Source of the DNA: Ostrea edulis
Taxonomy: Eukaryota
Reading direction: 5' to 3'
DNA: 64,000 bases
Assembly: GCF_947568905.1 (NCBI RefSeq)
Contig: NC_079167.1
Location: 13,268,001-13,332,000 of the forward strand
Both the position numbers and the translations under genes were made by a program. The notes under the pieces are model-generated. The model saw only the letters and a list, made by a program, of their open reading frames with translations, was not told the origin of the DNA and made no database searches. Shown piece by piece: positions 1 to 15,100 of the stretch; the stretch's first letter is position 1, and the number at the start of each line of letters is the position of its first letter.

Positions 1-672
1 ATGGAGTACTCCACATCTGCTTCGTACTTAGATATTTTATTGAAAATGGACATTAACGGCAAATGAACAACTCAACTTTATGACAAACGGGATATCCCGA
101 CTTCAGTTTCTCCATCGTCAACTTCCAATATTTATGTAACAATATTTCATCATCACCTGCATATGATGTTTATATCTCAACTGATTTGATACGCAAAAGC
201 TTGTTCTGCGTATTATCAGTTTTTAAATCGCGACAGACCACTGACAAAGAAGTTGATGTTAAAAAGGTTTCAACAACCTCGTTTAAAGTCAGTATTTTGA
301 TTGATTGATGTTTTCCGCCACACTCAACAATTTTCAGTTATCTGGTGGCGCCCAGTTTTTTGCAAATTCTATGGTCGTTATAACGATCTAGTTTGCCAAT
401 ACAACCTGCCATTGGGCCAAATGCTGTCCGGCGTGTTTCGTACCAATTGTTAGACCGTTCTTGGCACACTGATTCTGACTACGAATTACTCCGTTTACCT
501 GATCAAGATATAGGGCTCACGGCGGGTGTGACTGGTCAACAGGGGATGCTCACTCCTCCTAGGCACCTGGTCCCACCTCTGGTATATCCAAGGGTCCTTG
601 TTTGTCCAACTCTTTATTTTTGTATTGCTTACAGGAAGTTTTGAGATTAATCACTGTTCATTATCTTCACCT
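1..672 (+). mobile_element. Decayed 3' end of a Penelope-like retroelement (Naiad-type): RT C-terminus/thumb plus 3' non-coding end
   Basis: With frameshifts and stops it translates as STSASYLDILLKMDINGK*TTQLYDKR..FSFSIVNF..LC.NI.SSPAY.VY.SQLI*YAKACSAY.QFLNR..PLTKKLMLK.FQQPRLKS...KFYGRYNDLVCQYNL. I recognise this as the PLE RT C-terminus common in bivalves. The ORF ends with no C-terminal GIY-YIG domain, which fits the Naiad clade. It aligns by eye with 62600-63135. The left end runs off the window. Confidence 0.8.
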
Positions 673-3600
673 TTTCTTGCTGTATGTTTTGTAAATTTAT
701 CGAAGGCAAAACCATTGCAAATATAAATATAAAGTTCATGAAATTCAATCAGAAAGTCGTATACTCCTAACGTTTCAGTATATGTAAAAGTACAAACTTG
801 GGATGTATGAATGATACACACCGTTTTGTGAACCAGTAGCCATCTGCATATTATGCAATATTATTTCCCATATAGTTATTGCAAGTATCATACACAAATA
901 CTAACATATTTACCTGTGTGTGCAATTATATCATGTTGTATGAAGTATTCATTGTTCCATTTCCTTGACATAATAAAGAGAAGGTTGAAATAGAATATCT
1001 GCCTGCTGCCTAATCGTATCAATGCTTTTCATAAATGAATACTGTTTAAAAGAAATCTTGTATCGTCACTTTTATACTTGAAAATCGTGAGTTACTAAAT
1101 GTATGGAGGCTGTTCCTGAAACATCTTTTCACTAAACATTTGCTTGTAAAATGTCAAAGATATGTAATGAGATATTATTGACTTTTTTCTTACATGTACG
1201 TGTGACTGTCATAGTAACATAACACTGTCTCTAAGAATAATCAACGAGTGGTTTAGGATTATCTATTATTACTAGTTTGAGTTTAAACCAAATGATAGTC
1301 TGAAGCTCTCTTTCAAGAAACTTCATGTGCATGGGATTTTACGATTCTGAATAGAGTGCGCTGACTTTATAGATATACAGTATAGTGGTCTACCTTCATT
1401 ATCAGAAGGAGATATCGCCAGCAATAAGATTAAACTATCCCCAGTGATTGTATTCATGCAACAGTGAAAAATTGGTTGATGTCATTACTCATATTTTTCT
1501 GCCAAGTTGTATTTTATTGAATTAATTTTCAATATCTTTCTGAAGTGAAGCCTAAAGTTTGGTAGCTATTGCGACAGATACCTCAGGGCAAGAAAAAACA
1601 AAGTCTAATGAGAAATGGCATGGCGTTCGAATTCAATTATTTCAAAAAGATAGAGTGATATTAATACGGTTCAGGGAAGAGTCATTTCATGTTCTTTTAT
1701 TTGTTCGTTTCTGTTGGTGCAATAGATAGCCAACACGTGTTCCTGCTACAGACAATACGAAATGTATTTTGTCACAGCAATAAAGAATCTAGATGAAAGT
1801 CCGTCGTCAACAATTTTTCGCAAGATTCTTATTTCTTAGTTTTCCAACAACACTGAAGTATCGATAAACGTATGAAAATTATTTCCCTTTCTAACCTGTT
1901 TAATTACGGAAAACTTTCAGTTTTATAAGACATTTAACATTCAGGCACGCAATTTTGTTGTGTTAGAATATCGACCAAAATGCAGTGCTAGTATCTCATC
2001 AGTAATGGGCAAATAATTTTCTGTTCATTTTAACATTGTTTTATTAGTACTTTTTACTGCATTTTTCTGTTAGATATTTGTATTTTCGTGTTAAAATCTG
2101 CTGTAATACTGAACGAAAATAGCTAAGTTTAATTGACATTAAACTGGCGTTTAACTTTCAGTTAAAATCATATAGATATAAGAATTAATGGCAAATTAAT
2201 AGCTAAATCTAATGAAAGTTTGTGCAGCTGGCCCCTGATCATTACAAATGAATATGAAGTTTCAAGTTTTACAATTATCAACCATCTAGAATAATATATT
2301 TGATTTAAACAATATCTTAAGGATTAGGCAGCAAGCTGAACCTATACAAGACGGCTCCTTAAGTCCACATAACGAAATAAGAAAGAAATGTGTATAATGA
2401 TTAAAAATGATGCCTAAATATATTTGTAGAATCCTTAACGGTTATCTAAACAATCAGTTTGAAAGAAAATAAAAGACAGAAGACAAAACCATTCATTTGT
2501 TAGTAATATATTTTACTAACAAGTCCATATCAATTATGTTTTGACTCATTATTCTTAAAAACCCTGGTATCCCTTTGAAAATCGTAGACACTCCAAATAC
2601 AATAGAAAATTTCACACTCAAGAGTTTCATTATCACACAAAAATGATTTGCATTAGCAAGAAAAATCATAATGCTAATCCCTCCTGAATCACGAAAGTTC
2701 GGCTTCTTCAAAATTCTTTAAACTGGCGAGAAAGTAGAACAAGCACTTCATTTCTTTGTTTCATCTGAAACAGCCTAAGGTATTCTAGTTTCTAATTCAG
2801 CACCCAATTCCAACGCTTCATCTGCAGTTCGCTTGTGTCGAGGTTCTCACAATTTACTCTTTTGTCTAGATTTTTAAACTACAATATTTGGTTGAATTTA
2901 TTCTTAAACTATAAATTTGGAGTTTGATTTCATTCCTTCGAAATGTCTGAAAGAAAATTAATACAATGTAGCTACATAGTGTATGTTTTAAATTACTAAC
3001 TTAAATGGAAACAGGCAAATCAAAGAACATTTTATTCACACATAAATACAATTAGAAAGTCATGAATATCCAATATACACGTGATTCAGATGCATCATCT
3101 TGTATTACTAATGCTCTCTATAAAATTCCGTTAAAATATTAACGAAAATAATTCAGATAAGAAATAAATGTATATTAAAGACATGGTTTGAGGCTGGAAT
3201 GCAAAAATATATCTTTCATGCATGTCCCAGATTGTGCATACGGTGCAGTAATGTGTTTAAAAGATAAGACCAGAGATTATGAGATTACCTTTACATTCAA
3301 CCCTATAATCAACAGTAATCCCCAACAACAATCTTTAAACTTTAAAACATCTTGACTTCTGACATCTAATTTCACTGAAACGTCCCACTTGATCTATTGA
3401 TGGAATTAGTAACACTTTCAAATCAAAACAATCATAGCATTTGATTATGGCTACTTACGGAACATTTAAAATTTCGACTTTGAACTAACGTTGAACACTT
3501 AATTTTGGCACAAACTTCAAAGCTTCAAATCCAATCATTTGCGGCGTTACCTTTTCTGAATGATAGGCAAATTAAACCTGCTAAACCTGTTTAATTGTTC

Positions 3601-6600
3601 TTTTCAGTGTTAATTTCAATAAACATGGATTAGAATATCTTTATTTCATTACATCATACTTCCAGAGATTTTAATTCTTCACACCTAATTCTACTTATCA
3701 TTTCTGTAAAAAATAACACCCATAATGAGACTCGGCAATCAAACACAGGACACACGATTGTTGTTAATTTCATTTTAACTAATAAGTACACAATGATATT
3801 AATTTGTAAATTAATAAAAGTAAACCAGTTATCTTGTTATTTCTTCTTTGATAACAAATTTCAGATGTATATATAGATATTTTTTTGTTTTTATCTCCAC
3901 TTATTACAGGCTTGATGCACACAATAAAACAATTTTTACTTACATATACTATAAAGATGCATTACGAATTACTCACTTTTGAAAGTACCATTAAACTATA
4001 CTCAGGGCAGATCACATTGCATATTGAAAAAAATAAAATAAAAGTCTGATGCAGTACGAGGATCAAACATTGTTCCCTTCAGAACTATAGATCTATCAAC
4101 ACAGTGACTTTAAAAAGATAGATAATTATGCTTATATAAAACGATGTATAGGTGTCATATTCTTAATGTCTTGTACACTAGTACTTTAAGGGCACGGAGG
4201 ACCTGACAAATATAGGCAATGATTAATTTCCAAATTATGGAACCCCACTTCCATCCCAGCTTACAGAGAAGTGTATGCCATATAATAAGCGGATGGTCAT
4301 AAAATTATAGCTATCCCAGAAAAATATCATTTAGATGATTATCTATTAATTCCAAACTTTATACTTCAGCAGACTGAATTTATGCTTAATTATGAACATT
4401 TTGGATTTCCGCAGAAGGATATGGCAAACTTTATTTCTTTCATCCCGAATTCACTCTTCGTCTTATCTGATTGAGAGGTTCTGTAGAAATTGTCACAACA
4501 ATGATCTGCCTTAAGCTAAAATGGAATGCTTTCATGTTAAAGACGACACGTTCAAAATGTAGTTATCAATTCTGCAAATTAAATGCAAATGTAACTTTTT
4601 GAAGATAGAAAATTCGTTTAGTGACGAAATAATGGATAATTATTGCTTCTGAATCCAAGACAGATTATGGTGACAATTGACTATTAAAGTCAGGTTAGGA
4701 AAGTATTTTTAAGGTTGTTAAACAATTAGAGATTCATAAAATTCCTAGCAATCGTAGTTTGCATTAATTCTTGCTCAAACTTTCCTGTTGCATCACCCTA
4801 AATTTAAATAGCATTTCATTTTTGAAAATGCCTTAGGACAAACAACGCCTTCACATATATGTGAACTATTCACATTTTGATACTTTACTTTGATACGGTG
4901 TCGTTTTCATAGTTTTATTGATGTCGTATAATTTTCAAATACATACATATTTATTACTTGATGATACATCCAGTCCTGTTGGATACTTCTATAAAGATTT
5001 TATGCAGTACTTATTTTTCATCTGCCTAATATACATGTATGATATTTTTTTTTGCAAAATCTTAATTCTTTTTAATTGAAACACCCGTTGCATTGGATCA
5101 TTAATTGTATAACAGAAGTTTACATTGAAATATTTGATACTGTGCATGGTTACATGGAAAGAAAAGAATGATTAATTGAAGAAAATTGAAACATTTCCGT
5201 GATTTTTGTGTTTGACGTTTGTTGTTTGCTATTTTTCTTTAATTTTGTTGTTTTTCATAGGTTCCATGTGCACCACCTTACGATAATGAACTTGCGGTAT
5301 CCTGTAATTTAAATAGGCCTCTGGTTTGTTGTCCATTTCAATTCCTAAATATGTGTTGTTCAGACAGAATGGAGATTTTGTTTATGCATGTAAATCGCAT
5401 ACACAAATAGTATGATTAAAAAGAGTTTATAATCGATTTTGTTCGGTTGTTCTACGTGTAGGACTTAGAACTAAGTTGACCAGTAAACGAACTAAACAGA
5501 AGAATAATTTCTTTTGTTTTGTTTTTTTAGTTAGATTAAATTCCGATTTGGAAAATATGATCATTATATCAAATACGCGTGACAATCATACAAAACTATT
5601 AAAATGTTGAATGCTTTTTCACCCTGTCAACAACACCTTGTTTTCAAATCAGTTTTTTAAGTCACATGTTGAGAAAAGATCCCCTCCAGAAAACTATATT
5701 ATAATATGAACATTATATTTGATGGAAAATCATTTAAAATAAGTCGAGACCAAAAAACAAATATTGAAACAACAGTTGACTGTGACACTTGATCAATCAA
5801 ACAGCGTAAAAGTCTAGTTATCAAACGCTATTCATTTGTCATTTGAATCTGGCTTAACTCTTTGTTGTTTGTGCACCGATGAAAACTGTATTAATTTTCA
5901 GAAAAATCATAGAATATAAATCAAATAAGGTAATTGCATTCTACATTGAACATTACAGGGTAGAATGGGGGAAATAGTGCATAAAGCTACATATGCTCAA
6001 TATTTTATCTTAAATTTTTTTCTCTCGATAGGCCTACTACTGTATTCTATGAATAAAATGGGGGAAAACTATATTAACTATGCATGCAAAAAACATACGG
6101 TTGTAGAGATAGTTTCAAAATACGACCCGTGTTATTGAAGCACCTTTTTTCCCGAAACTAGTCGAGTGCTGATCACGTGACTGTCTCATTAGCATACCGC
6201 ATATTTTCCCGTCAATTCAAATGTTTTACACATTATATATTGCAAGGAGTTTAGTCTGATTTATATGTATGTCGTATCATATATAATGCAGTTTTAGATA
6301 CATTAACCACTTTAGTTTGGATATTTTAAAAATCTTAATTTTTAGTATGTATGAAAAAATATATGTAAATGCAAATACTTTACGAGTATAATGAGATTGT
6401 GCAACTTTTAAAAATATTAATTAAAACTATTAGTCGAAGAAAATAGTGAACAGTATTTTAGGCTTTCCCCAATTCAAGAATCCACTTAAGTTTAAATCTT
6501 GTATTTATATTTACCCCGTCGTTGACATTTATAGTGTTTGATAATGAGCAGCACAATCAAAACTATTTGTTTAAAGTAAGAAAATAGCACCAGTCCTGTG

Positions 6601-7518
6601 ATAAAATTAAAAGAGGTGTATCCCCTCTGATACAATTCGTCTGTGTGCGTGGTTGTGAACACCCTTTATGTTAAGTTTGATTTGAAATGGAATATGTTTT
6701 GTTTTGTACAGCTCCTCTTTTAAAATGATGTTTAAAACATTGATTTGAAAATATTAATGTTCACTCTCATCAGCAACCAATATTCTATGTTTTTATCTAA
6801 ACATACCAGGCTCAATAGATCTCTAGAATAATTCAAGACTATGATTGATCAAAGTACACGTATTATTGAAAATCACATCTGTATACGCATGTTGTCTGTT
6901 TATCATTCTGCGGATTTAATTCCCGGATCCAGCAAAAATGTCTCATTCATTCATACTCGGTAATTTTGTTAGAGAGGTCCAACGTTTAATAGTATTTTAA
7001 AACTTAAAATGCATGAAAGAAGGTTAAAAAAATGTATTTAATTTCTTTTTTAACAATCTCCGCACGTGAAGCCATGCCTTGAAAGTTTGCAATCGAAGTA
7101 AAAGTTGTACTGCAGAAATTTAATTTTAATATAGACTACATTATTTACTTCGAATTTTTTTTTTTTTTTATAATTCTGCTGTGCCTTAGAAAACTGAATT
7201 TTCAATCCAAAAAGTCTTTGTGATTAAGATAATAGATTGCTTTTTAACATCGGTTCAGTTGCTGAAAACAAAGTACATTGTAAAATTAAGCGCATGAATT
7301 AACATTTGGTACATGGGGTCGGGATTGTTTGGCCTTTTAGAACAAGGGCACAAGGTTCCTTCTATCAATCATTTAGTGGATTTAAAAGTTCATGTGGTCA
7401 ATGCAACATACACACGTAATAATTCGATATTACGTGTATTGATAAAACTGATTAAATTTAAAGTTTCATTCACCCTACAGATTTAAAATGGCATCATTAC
7501 ATCTCTTCTTGGGTATTT

Positions 7519-7578
7519 GTTGCATAAGCAGCCAAACCACCCTCTGTTGCATTATAAGCATCCAAACCACCCTCTGTT
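7519..7578. repeat. Two-copy tandem duplication of about 30 nt
   Basis: gttgcataagcagccaaaccaccctct is followed by gttgcattataagcatccaaaccaccctctgtt. Confidence 0.85.
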
Positions 7579-9009
7579 AAGAAGAAGACGAACTTTCAAT
7601 ATCTCACTTTAATCTTCTTTAGAAGGGTTTCATAATGATCAATTCTTAACTTTTTCTTTTTGTGATAGTATTTTATAAGAACTGATCATCAATTCCTGCC
7701 GTTTCCCCTGCAATAATAACGAATGTCTCTTTGATTTTAGGAGAGGTACTTAAAATTCAAATAAATTTTACTTTTTCTATTTGAAAATTACTATGAAACT
7801 CATAACCACAAACATTGTGGTTCCCACACATAATCTTAAACGGAACACCATACACTAAAGATCACCTTTTTAAGATAAAACAAAGTACCGTGATTCATAT
7901 ACATATTTCAATTCTATCTTTCTGCTTGGTTTAACGGGAAAGTGACTTCGATAGCGATCAGAAGTCTGTTCATAGCTTTATTGGTTCTTAAACTGGAAGT
8001 TATATCACAACACCAGAGACGATGATATGGAAGAAAGTCATTAGATGATTAGATTCCAGAACGCATACAGAAAGGTATCTCAGGTGGGTTCTCCACACCA
8101 TGCACTGCCGACGAGCCGGGGCCCATAAATTCTTATCTCGCCTCTACCCTAAGGATCATTGTCACAATATCATTGTAGTGATGATTGTGGAGAACATTTT
8201 GATGATTGTTTTAGTCATTTCAGGGACCAGATTCTCCTGGCCCTGGGGTCCAGTCGAGGTGTGTTGGTACACTCACGCGGTTGATGGAGAGTCATTCACT
8301 GATAGCATCCTCAGGCCAGATGCGGTATATTCATACCTATGTGCCAGATCCAGGTAGTAGTAAAACAGCTACAATAGAGCATTATTTGTAAAACGGAAAC
8401 ACCTTATAAATGTAAACCACACTTTATATAAATTCAAAAGCATGTATCATATGATTTACTTCTCCATTAGATTTGAATAGAATACGAGTTTATAAAAGAA
8501 TAAAAAGATTGAACAATTCCCCTGAAGTTTACAGAACTCATTTCCTGTAGGTCCTCTTCTGCAGTGTTTGTTGTTTATTTATTTTCACCTTTTTCAAATA
8601 GCTCTTATGGTGCGAAATAAACTTATCTTAACGTGTTTTCATTTACTAATTGGATATGAATAATCTGGCGATATACAGATTATTTCTGTTTATTTTTTGA
8701 AAAGAAAAACATATATATTGGAATTAGCTAATTAAACGTGAAAGTTTTAACACATACAAGCAGAAAATCAAACACATGAAACATAATCCATAGTTTGTGG
8801 CTACTTACTTATTATTATTATTTATTTTTTTATAAAAACCTTTCTTATAATTTTCATTCGTACCACTTTCCTATTTCCCCCCAATTTTCAATTTTTGGTA
8901 AATGCAATGAATATTTTGAGAAGCAGAATTAAGTAATTTTTAAATTTTCATCAGACTTTTTTTTGTGCGTCGTTTTGATCCCCCCCCCCCAAAAAAAACA
9001 TTCAACAAA

Positions 9010-9012
<3 letters not shown>

Positions 9013-9049
<37 letters not shown>

Positions 9050-9137
9050 CCGATAAAATACTCAAGTATTGTTTATCAATTGTTCTCGTTTGAAAAAAAA
9101 TAACGAAACACACGCACGCACACACATACATGCACAC

Positions 9138-9172
<35 letters not shown>
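9013..9172. repeat. Microsatellite cluster: (TA)n 9013-9046, imperfect (CA)n 9108-9139, (GA)n 9142-9172
   Basis: Read directly from the sequence. Confidence 0.95.
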
Positions 9173-9175
<3 letters not shown>

Positions 9176-12100
9176 CTTCTTAAATCATTGACATGTTTGA
9201 TAACAAACTGATTGATTTTTTGGGTAACAGATTGTCATTAGGGAGACACCAAATATACTTCAAATTGTTGTGAAAGACGTGTCGTGAAAGTCATTGCATA
9301 CCAACTCTCGATTAAGTAATTTTTAAAAATATATAGGTATATAATACGAAAATAAAAGTTCTGTGAACACTTATAAACTTAAATATGAAAATATAGAAAT
9401 GACAAACCCTTTCATGTTCATCAAAATTAATGGATATTTTCAATCTTGAATGGGGAAAAAATATAAACCTACACAATACAGAGATCGGTGTCTGGTATTG
9501 TGCGATAAGCACCACTGGCACGGGTATATATTCAAATTCCTACCATGTAATAAATTCTTTCTTGACCTTTATATGATTTTAGATTTATTACATTGTAAAC
9601 TTTGTCTATAAGTTGTATCTGCTTTTGACTAATAAACAACAACAAATTTCTGGGAAATTGCATCGATCTTGGAGGAAACATGGCATACATTGTACTTTTC
9701 ACATGCATATGAAAATTACTTACCGCAATCATTAATATCTTGAAAAGACCCAGTTTCTTATTCATAATCCACTGAAAATTTCTTAAACGTAAAATATTTT
9801 TTGTAAAATGGATAAAAATACAATCTGTCACTGTTTTGTTCCATGTTCGGTTATTAGAATGACGTGTGCACACTATTTAACGGGTTGTCTAATATCTGGG
9901 AGCAAAATTAATATATATATAGAAAGTCACATATATACTGGTATCAAATAGCAAATTAAACTCAAACACAGGTACCTTGGAGGAGGCAGCAGCACATTTC
10001 GCTTTGTTATTCAATACCTGTGATGTATTTCTGTTGTAGGAAATATCTTCAGGAAAAATTAGGAAATTTCTTTGTGCTTCATAGGAAAAGCTAGTGATGT
10101 TCAGCATAATGGATTGGTTGTTTCACTCTTGTCATTACGAAGTTTTGAATACAAACATTGATCTTATGACAATTATTCCAAAATAATGACACATATATGA
10201 TAATAACAAATAAATAAATAAAAAATTAAAAGAATTGATTTTGAATATCAAAGACGAACACACTGCTCAGTTCACAAAATGTTAGTTATATGGCAATGGA
10301 CAATTCGTAGATTATACAATGGGGGAAACTGTTGCTGCAAAAACCTACGCATTTTCATCTCCTTTACGTTGCACTTTTCCCATTTCTGCACAACATCGTC
10401 CCGATATAAAACATAAATTGTAGTCTTAAATGTCAATATTCTCTGTAAATTAAATGAATTCTTTACCGAAAATTTTGAGTTTAAATTCATTTCCTTTTTG
10501 TCCTACCATTTTCCCACTTCCTGTAATCAACCAAAGACTTAATATCTTTTAAACGACATAGTTTTGTAGAGTCTTGTACTGCAGTAAACCTTGGACCCAC
10601 CATCTTTATTTGGCACTTGCAAGTCGAATAGAGGCTGTGAAAAATAGTTCCGGAAGAAGCCAGTGAAAGCCTGCCCCCCGGACTGAAAGATCTAGGTGCA
10701 ATGCTTTTATAATTTCCCTCTTCAATACTTTGATTTATGGTTGCACATATGGGGTATAATCTAAAAATGTCAAATTAAGCATTAAACGCTATGATATATC
10801 GAATATAAAAAAGTAATCAATGACAATAGTTATATTCCTAGATAAGTTTCAACGCTTATAAAGAGTGCAATCTCAGCTTTTACCTTTCTCTTTACTTTTT
10901 ATTATTATTATAAGTTCCTTCTGCTTAGTTCTATTCAAGAAAATCTTTATTTACGCAAGTGATTTAAAGTTCATTTAATGGTACTTTTTAACAATGCTGT
11001 ACTATTTGATATTTCACCTCTAAAATATTTTAGATTCAAATTTTTTTTCTCATGATACATGTAATTATCTATGAACATCGTTGCAGCATATTGTTTTGAT
11101 TTCAACATTTGTAGAATTTTGAAGTATCTTCTCACACAAGATAACAGAATTTGAAACTTTAAAAAAAATGCTATGTAGATCACATTTCTCGATATGTTAA
11201 TTTTTCATTTTGATTTTACGGAATATTTGTAAGATTTAAGGACTTTACCATCAGAAATTGTCTTGAATTAAAATAATTTAAAATACGAAAATGTATCTTC
11301 GGGGGAACTCCAGGGTGATGTGCGGTTAGGCTCCGTTGTTTTGAATCAAGAAGCATCCGTTTCTATGAGTTAGCGACGTCCAAACAAGGGGTCCGAGATA
11401 TTCCTCCAATTATATAGCTTTTTAGGTTTAGCTTTAATTAAGGATGGGATTGATTTCGGAACCAAGCCTTCCTTCTTTCCTGCATTGTTGAACCTCCGTG
11501 TCTGCGCAATTATTTTCAGAGCTTCTGGGCATAAAATGGGAAAACTGTAGTTTTTCATGTTTAAGATTCTGTTGTGAGAACGTTGAGCTTTTTTGAGAGC
11601 GTGAGTGATTCTGCAGTAAGAGGGCTTGGGCCGTAAAAGACCTGGTATCATTATTTCTGGAGAGTAATCTGATATTAAAGAAATGGTTGCTCTCAGAATC
11701 TAATAAAGAACTATGATATGCCATTCAAACGCTGAACACAACATGGAATAAAACTCGATGGTTTAAAATTCGAATCATTTAATTTCTCGTCAGCGTGCTT
11801 CATGTACGGCCTTCCGTCAGTATAGTCCCGGTAATATTTGTTCGAGTTCTCTTTCACATTCCAAGACTTTTTTTTACCTTTCAATATGTATAATCTTATT
11901 ATGGATAATTGGTTGCAGATTGTTAACTTTCATTAAGTCGTCCTTCTCACATTCCTGATATACATTTGAAAGTACGATATGTTTAGCACTAAATACCAGA
12001 CTTCTTGCAAATCGGCTTATCCGTGTATATTCGGTTAGGTAGGTAAGCAGTGCTGAAATGCAAAATCAATGAACGTTTAACTGTAATTGACCCATTATAT

Positions 12101-15100
12101 ACAAAGTAACATTTTTAATCTTCACCTTGTCAAGTTGTTTTAAGATCATTTAAACTGAGTCTCATTTTGCTTTGGGGGTCAGTCTTTGCAAAATTTCAAT
12201 TCTCTAATCCGAGTCGAGTGGGGTTGAATTCTAAGACTTAGTCTTAAAGTCATTAGAGACACCCAGAGTCCTTAAAATTGGAGAGGTCGTTAGTAGAGAA
12301 TTTGAATGTTTCACACCGCTTCGACTTAAAGTTTTCCATGCGATTTGTTAATTTGAAAAGTTTTGAAACTTTGATCATTCATGCATATGCAGAACGTTTC
12401 TGTTTAATAAACCTATTTTTTATATAGTGTAATCTCAGTAAAATATATTGTATAAAGGCAGTGTTTATAATTCGAATTTTACACTGTTTTTAGGAATAAT
12501 GAGTTTTTATACTTAACGTCTTGTAAATTTCACTGGAAGAGATGAAATGTAAAGGAAATGCGTAGCAGAAATACACTATCATATTGTGGTTTAAGTTACG
12601 GTTGATAAAAAATAATAAAATAAAAAAACAAACAACAAAAACAAAACTCAAACAACACCCCACCCCAAATTTAAACAAAAATAACCCACCCAAAAATGAT
12701 GATTTTGGAACATAATACAGTATAACGTTTTAAGTATTCGGTATAATGACGAGTTTGTATGTCAAAATTGTAAAGTTTCTAAGTACAAAAAAAAATATTG
12801 TATCAAGTGTGACTTTTTAAATCCTGTAAACAACATTACTGTAATGATGAAGTTTTCTGTTTCTTACCCATATCCATATTTTCTGTAAAAAATCTATCCT
12901 AAGCAAAGAGGGGAAATGCGAAGACCATTCCATTGGGTCGAGATGTCTTATTTGCAAGCTCGCCTCCATTTCTTGATTTCAATTCATTTTTTAAAGAAGA
13001 AAAAATGAAATATTCAGAAATATATGGAAATAATACATCTTTTCGTCTTGCCAATTCACCTTATCTGTTTCATCTTATTGCACAATGCTCTATTTTAGAA
13101 CAAGATGTCATGAATGATTTTATATTGATATCTTCCTTTCAACCCTTCGTCGGATTCTTTGGCGATTTGATATAACTCTGTGATTTAATCATCTCAGCAA
13201 TTTACATGATATGTTTTGCGCAAGTCGCGTCGTTTTAAGGACGCAGTTCTCGGGAGAACGTTTATCAGAAAACCCTATATTTGACAACAAAGTTCGGATT
13301 ACGATTACTAAAGGTTATGCTCTTTTTAAGATTGTTTAGGATTGATCAATAATTTCATATGTCTGCAATGCAGACATTTATTTAATTAAGCAAACGATAG
13401 ACCAAATTCATTTTACCATGGGAGTCTGTGCCAAATTATCACATTTTTATTTATATTCATCAGTCGATTATGCAACAATCGGATATCTCGTGTGATTTCA
13501 AATGAGAAAAAGGTTCTATAAATAATTCACAATCGAATGAAAAATAATATATTTCATATTGTGATAGTCTTTTTCATAGATGCAATGCAACATTATCACA
13601 GTGTATACTTTGAATAACAAACGGGAGAAGGGAAGAACCTCAGTGGATTAAAAGAAGTCTGAATACTATATTGCCACTTCAGTAGACTGGTGGACGGAAA
13701 CTGGTCTCCGGCTCTAGCTAGAGTTTGGTTTGTCTTTTTGACCCTGGGCAAAAATGAATCTCCTGTCAGATGCATTAGCAAAGCATAACAGATTCAGTGT
13801 AAAATGCCACACCAATTTAGTTGACATTGTTAATAAGGTCATTTCTACTGACATGTAAACTGTTTTAGGTGACAGGGCGGGTGAGAAAAGTAATGCTTCC
13901 ACAGTTTTATGATCAAAAGCCGTCTAAGAGATATTCATTAATTTCAATTATTGTCAATTTAGCAGGAACATAACAAAATAACGTCTCTACGATTGTATAG
14001 ATCGTAGATAAAATTATCGACAATTCCAAGGCATTGAACATAAACAATGGGAATCAAAATTAAGTCAATCATCTCACAATATAACGTAATCTTAAGTGGA
14101 AAAGGTTCACGGTATAGCTGTTTATGATAGGTAAAATCTAATCCTGGTAAGATTTACATTTACACCTTCTTTCCATGCAGTGATTCTATCCTCTCAGATG
14201 ACAAACATGCGTTATTACGCTACAATTAACAGCAATTTATAGTATTTCAAAGTAACCTTCCGGACAAGATATGCCATTGTAACGGAACTCTTGTCAGTTG
14301 GTTTCTGCTTTTTCGAAAATACCTGATAATTCTGATAAGGCTACATGCTGCAGCAGTCGGCGGGAAACTCGTTAAAACAGAAATGTCCAGGGGACACTGT
14401 GCTACAGGAGTAATTGGTCCGATAGAAACAATTAAACGATCAGAAATACTTAATCCTTCTTTGATGTTGCTGTTCATGTAACGTAATTAAGTGACTGCAT
14501 TGTCAGTAATTTTTGGACTTGAGATTTAAACGATTCGTTTTGCAAATTCATCTTTATAAATGTCAACGTACGCCTTGCTCTGTATGAAATAGCATTATTC
14601 GTTATTAGATAGATGTCAATAATGTCATCTGTACAGTCATTTATAGCATTTTTCGTCATAATGCACATTTGTTTTGATATACAAAGTGCACGTGATATAA
14701 GCCTAATTTTCTCTTTTATCTCTAATGCAGCAACGCTTCTTCCTGCTATGCGTTTTTTATTCATATTTTGTCCCTTAGAAAGGATCTAAATCGTGGGAAT
14801 CTAGAATTGTATAATAAGTAATCTTAATTCTTAGACAGAGTATCTGCCTCCATTGCATTTATCACTTTGTGATTTCTTGCTTTCTAGTACTTTTGTCTGT
14901 ATAGTGGAGGTCCACATCAAGCACATCACATTTGATTCGTCTGTTCATTACATATTATATATACATATATATTGAAAGTAACCTGTATATAATAGTATAT
15001 ATTTTCCATTATCTGTGTAATTACATCTGAATTCTAGCAGATTTTGGAGGAAGTAATCCGATGTCAACATATAAAATGCGCAGCAATTCATAATCAACCC

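Noticed and set aside
64-189. In-frame TGA codons (64-66, 187-189) as selenocysteine, since some Naiad elements encode selenoproteins
   Set aside because: The second local copy has CTA and CGA at these positions, and copy 1 also has frameshifts. The stops are ordinary decay, one of them a CpG transition.
8040-8360. GC-richer island with an 85-aa ORF
   Set aside because: No frame on either strand gives a recognisable protein. It is probably a decayed repeat fragment.
14247-14764. Adjacent minus-strand ORFs (96 aa and 76 aa) with a faint hAT-dimerisation or HYR-like look
   Set aside because: Key conserved residues are absent, the two resemblances contradict each other, and there is no splice structure. 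It cannot be called without a database search.
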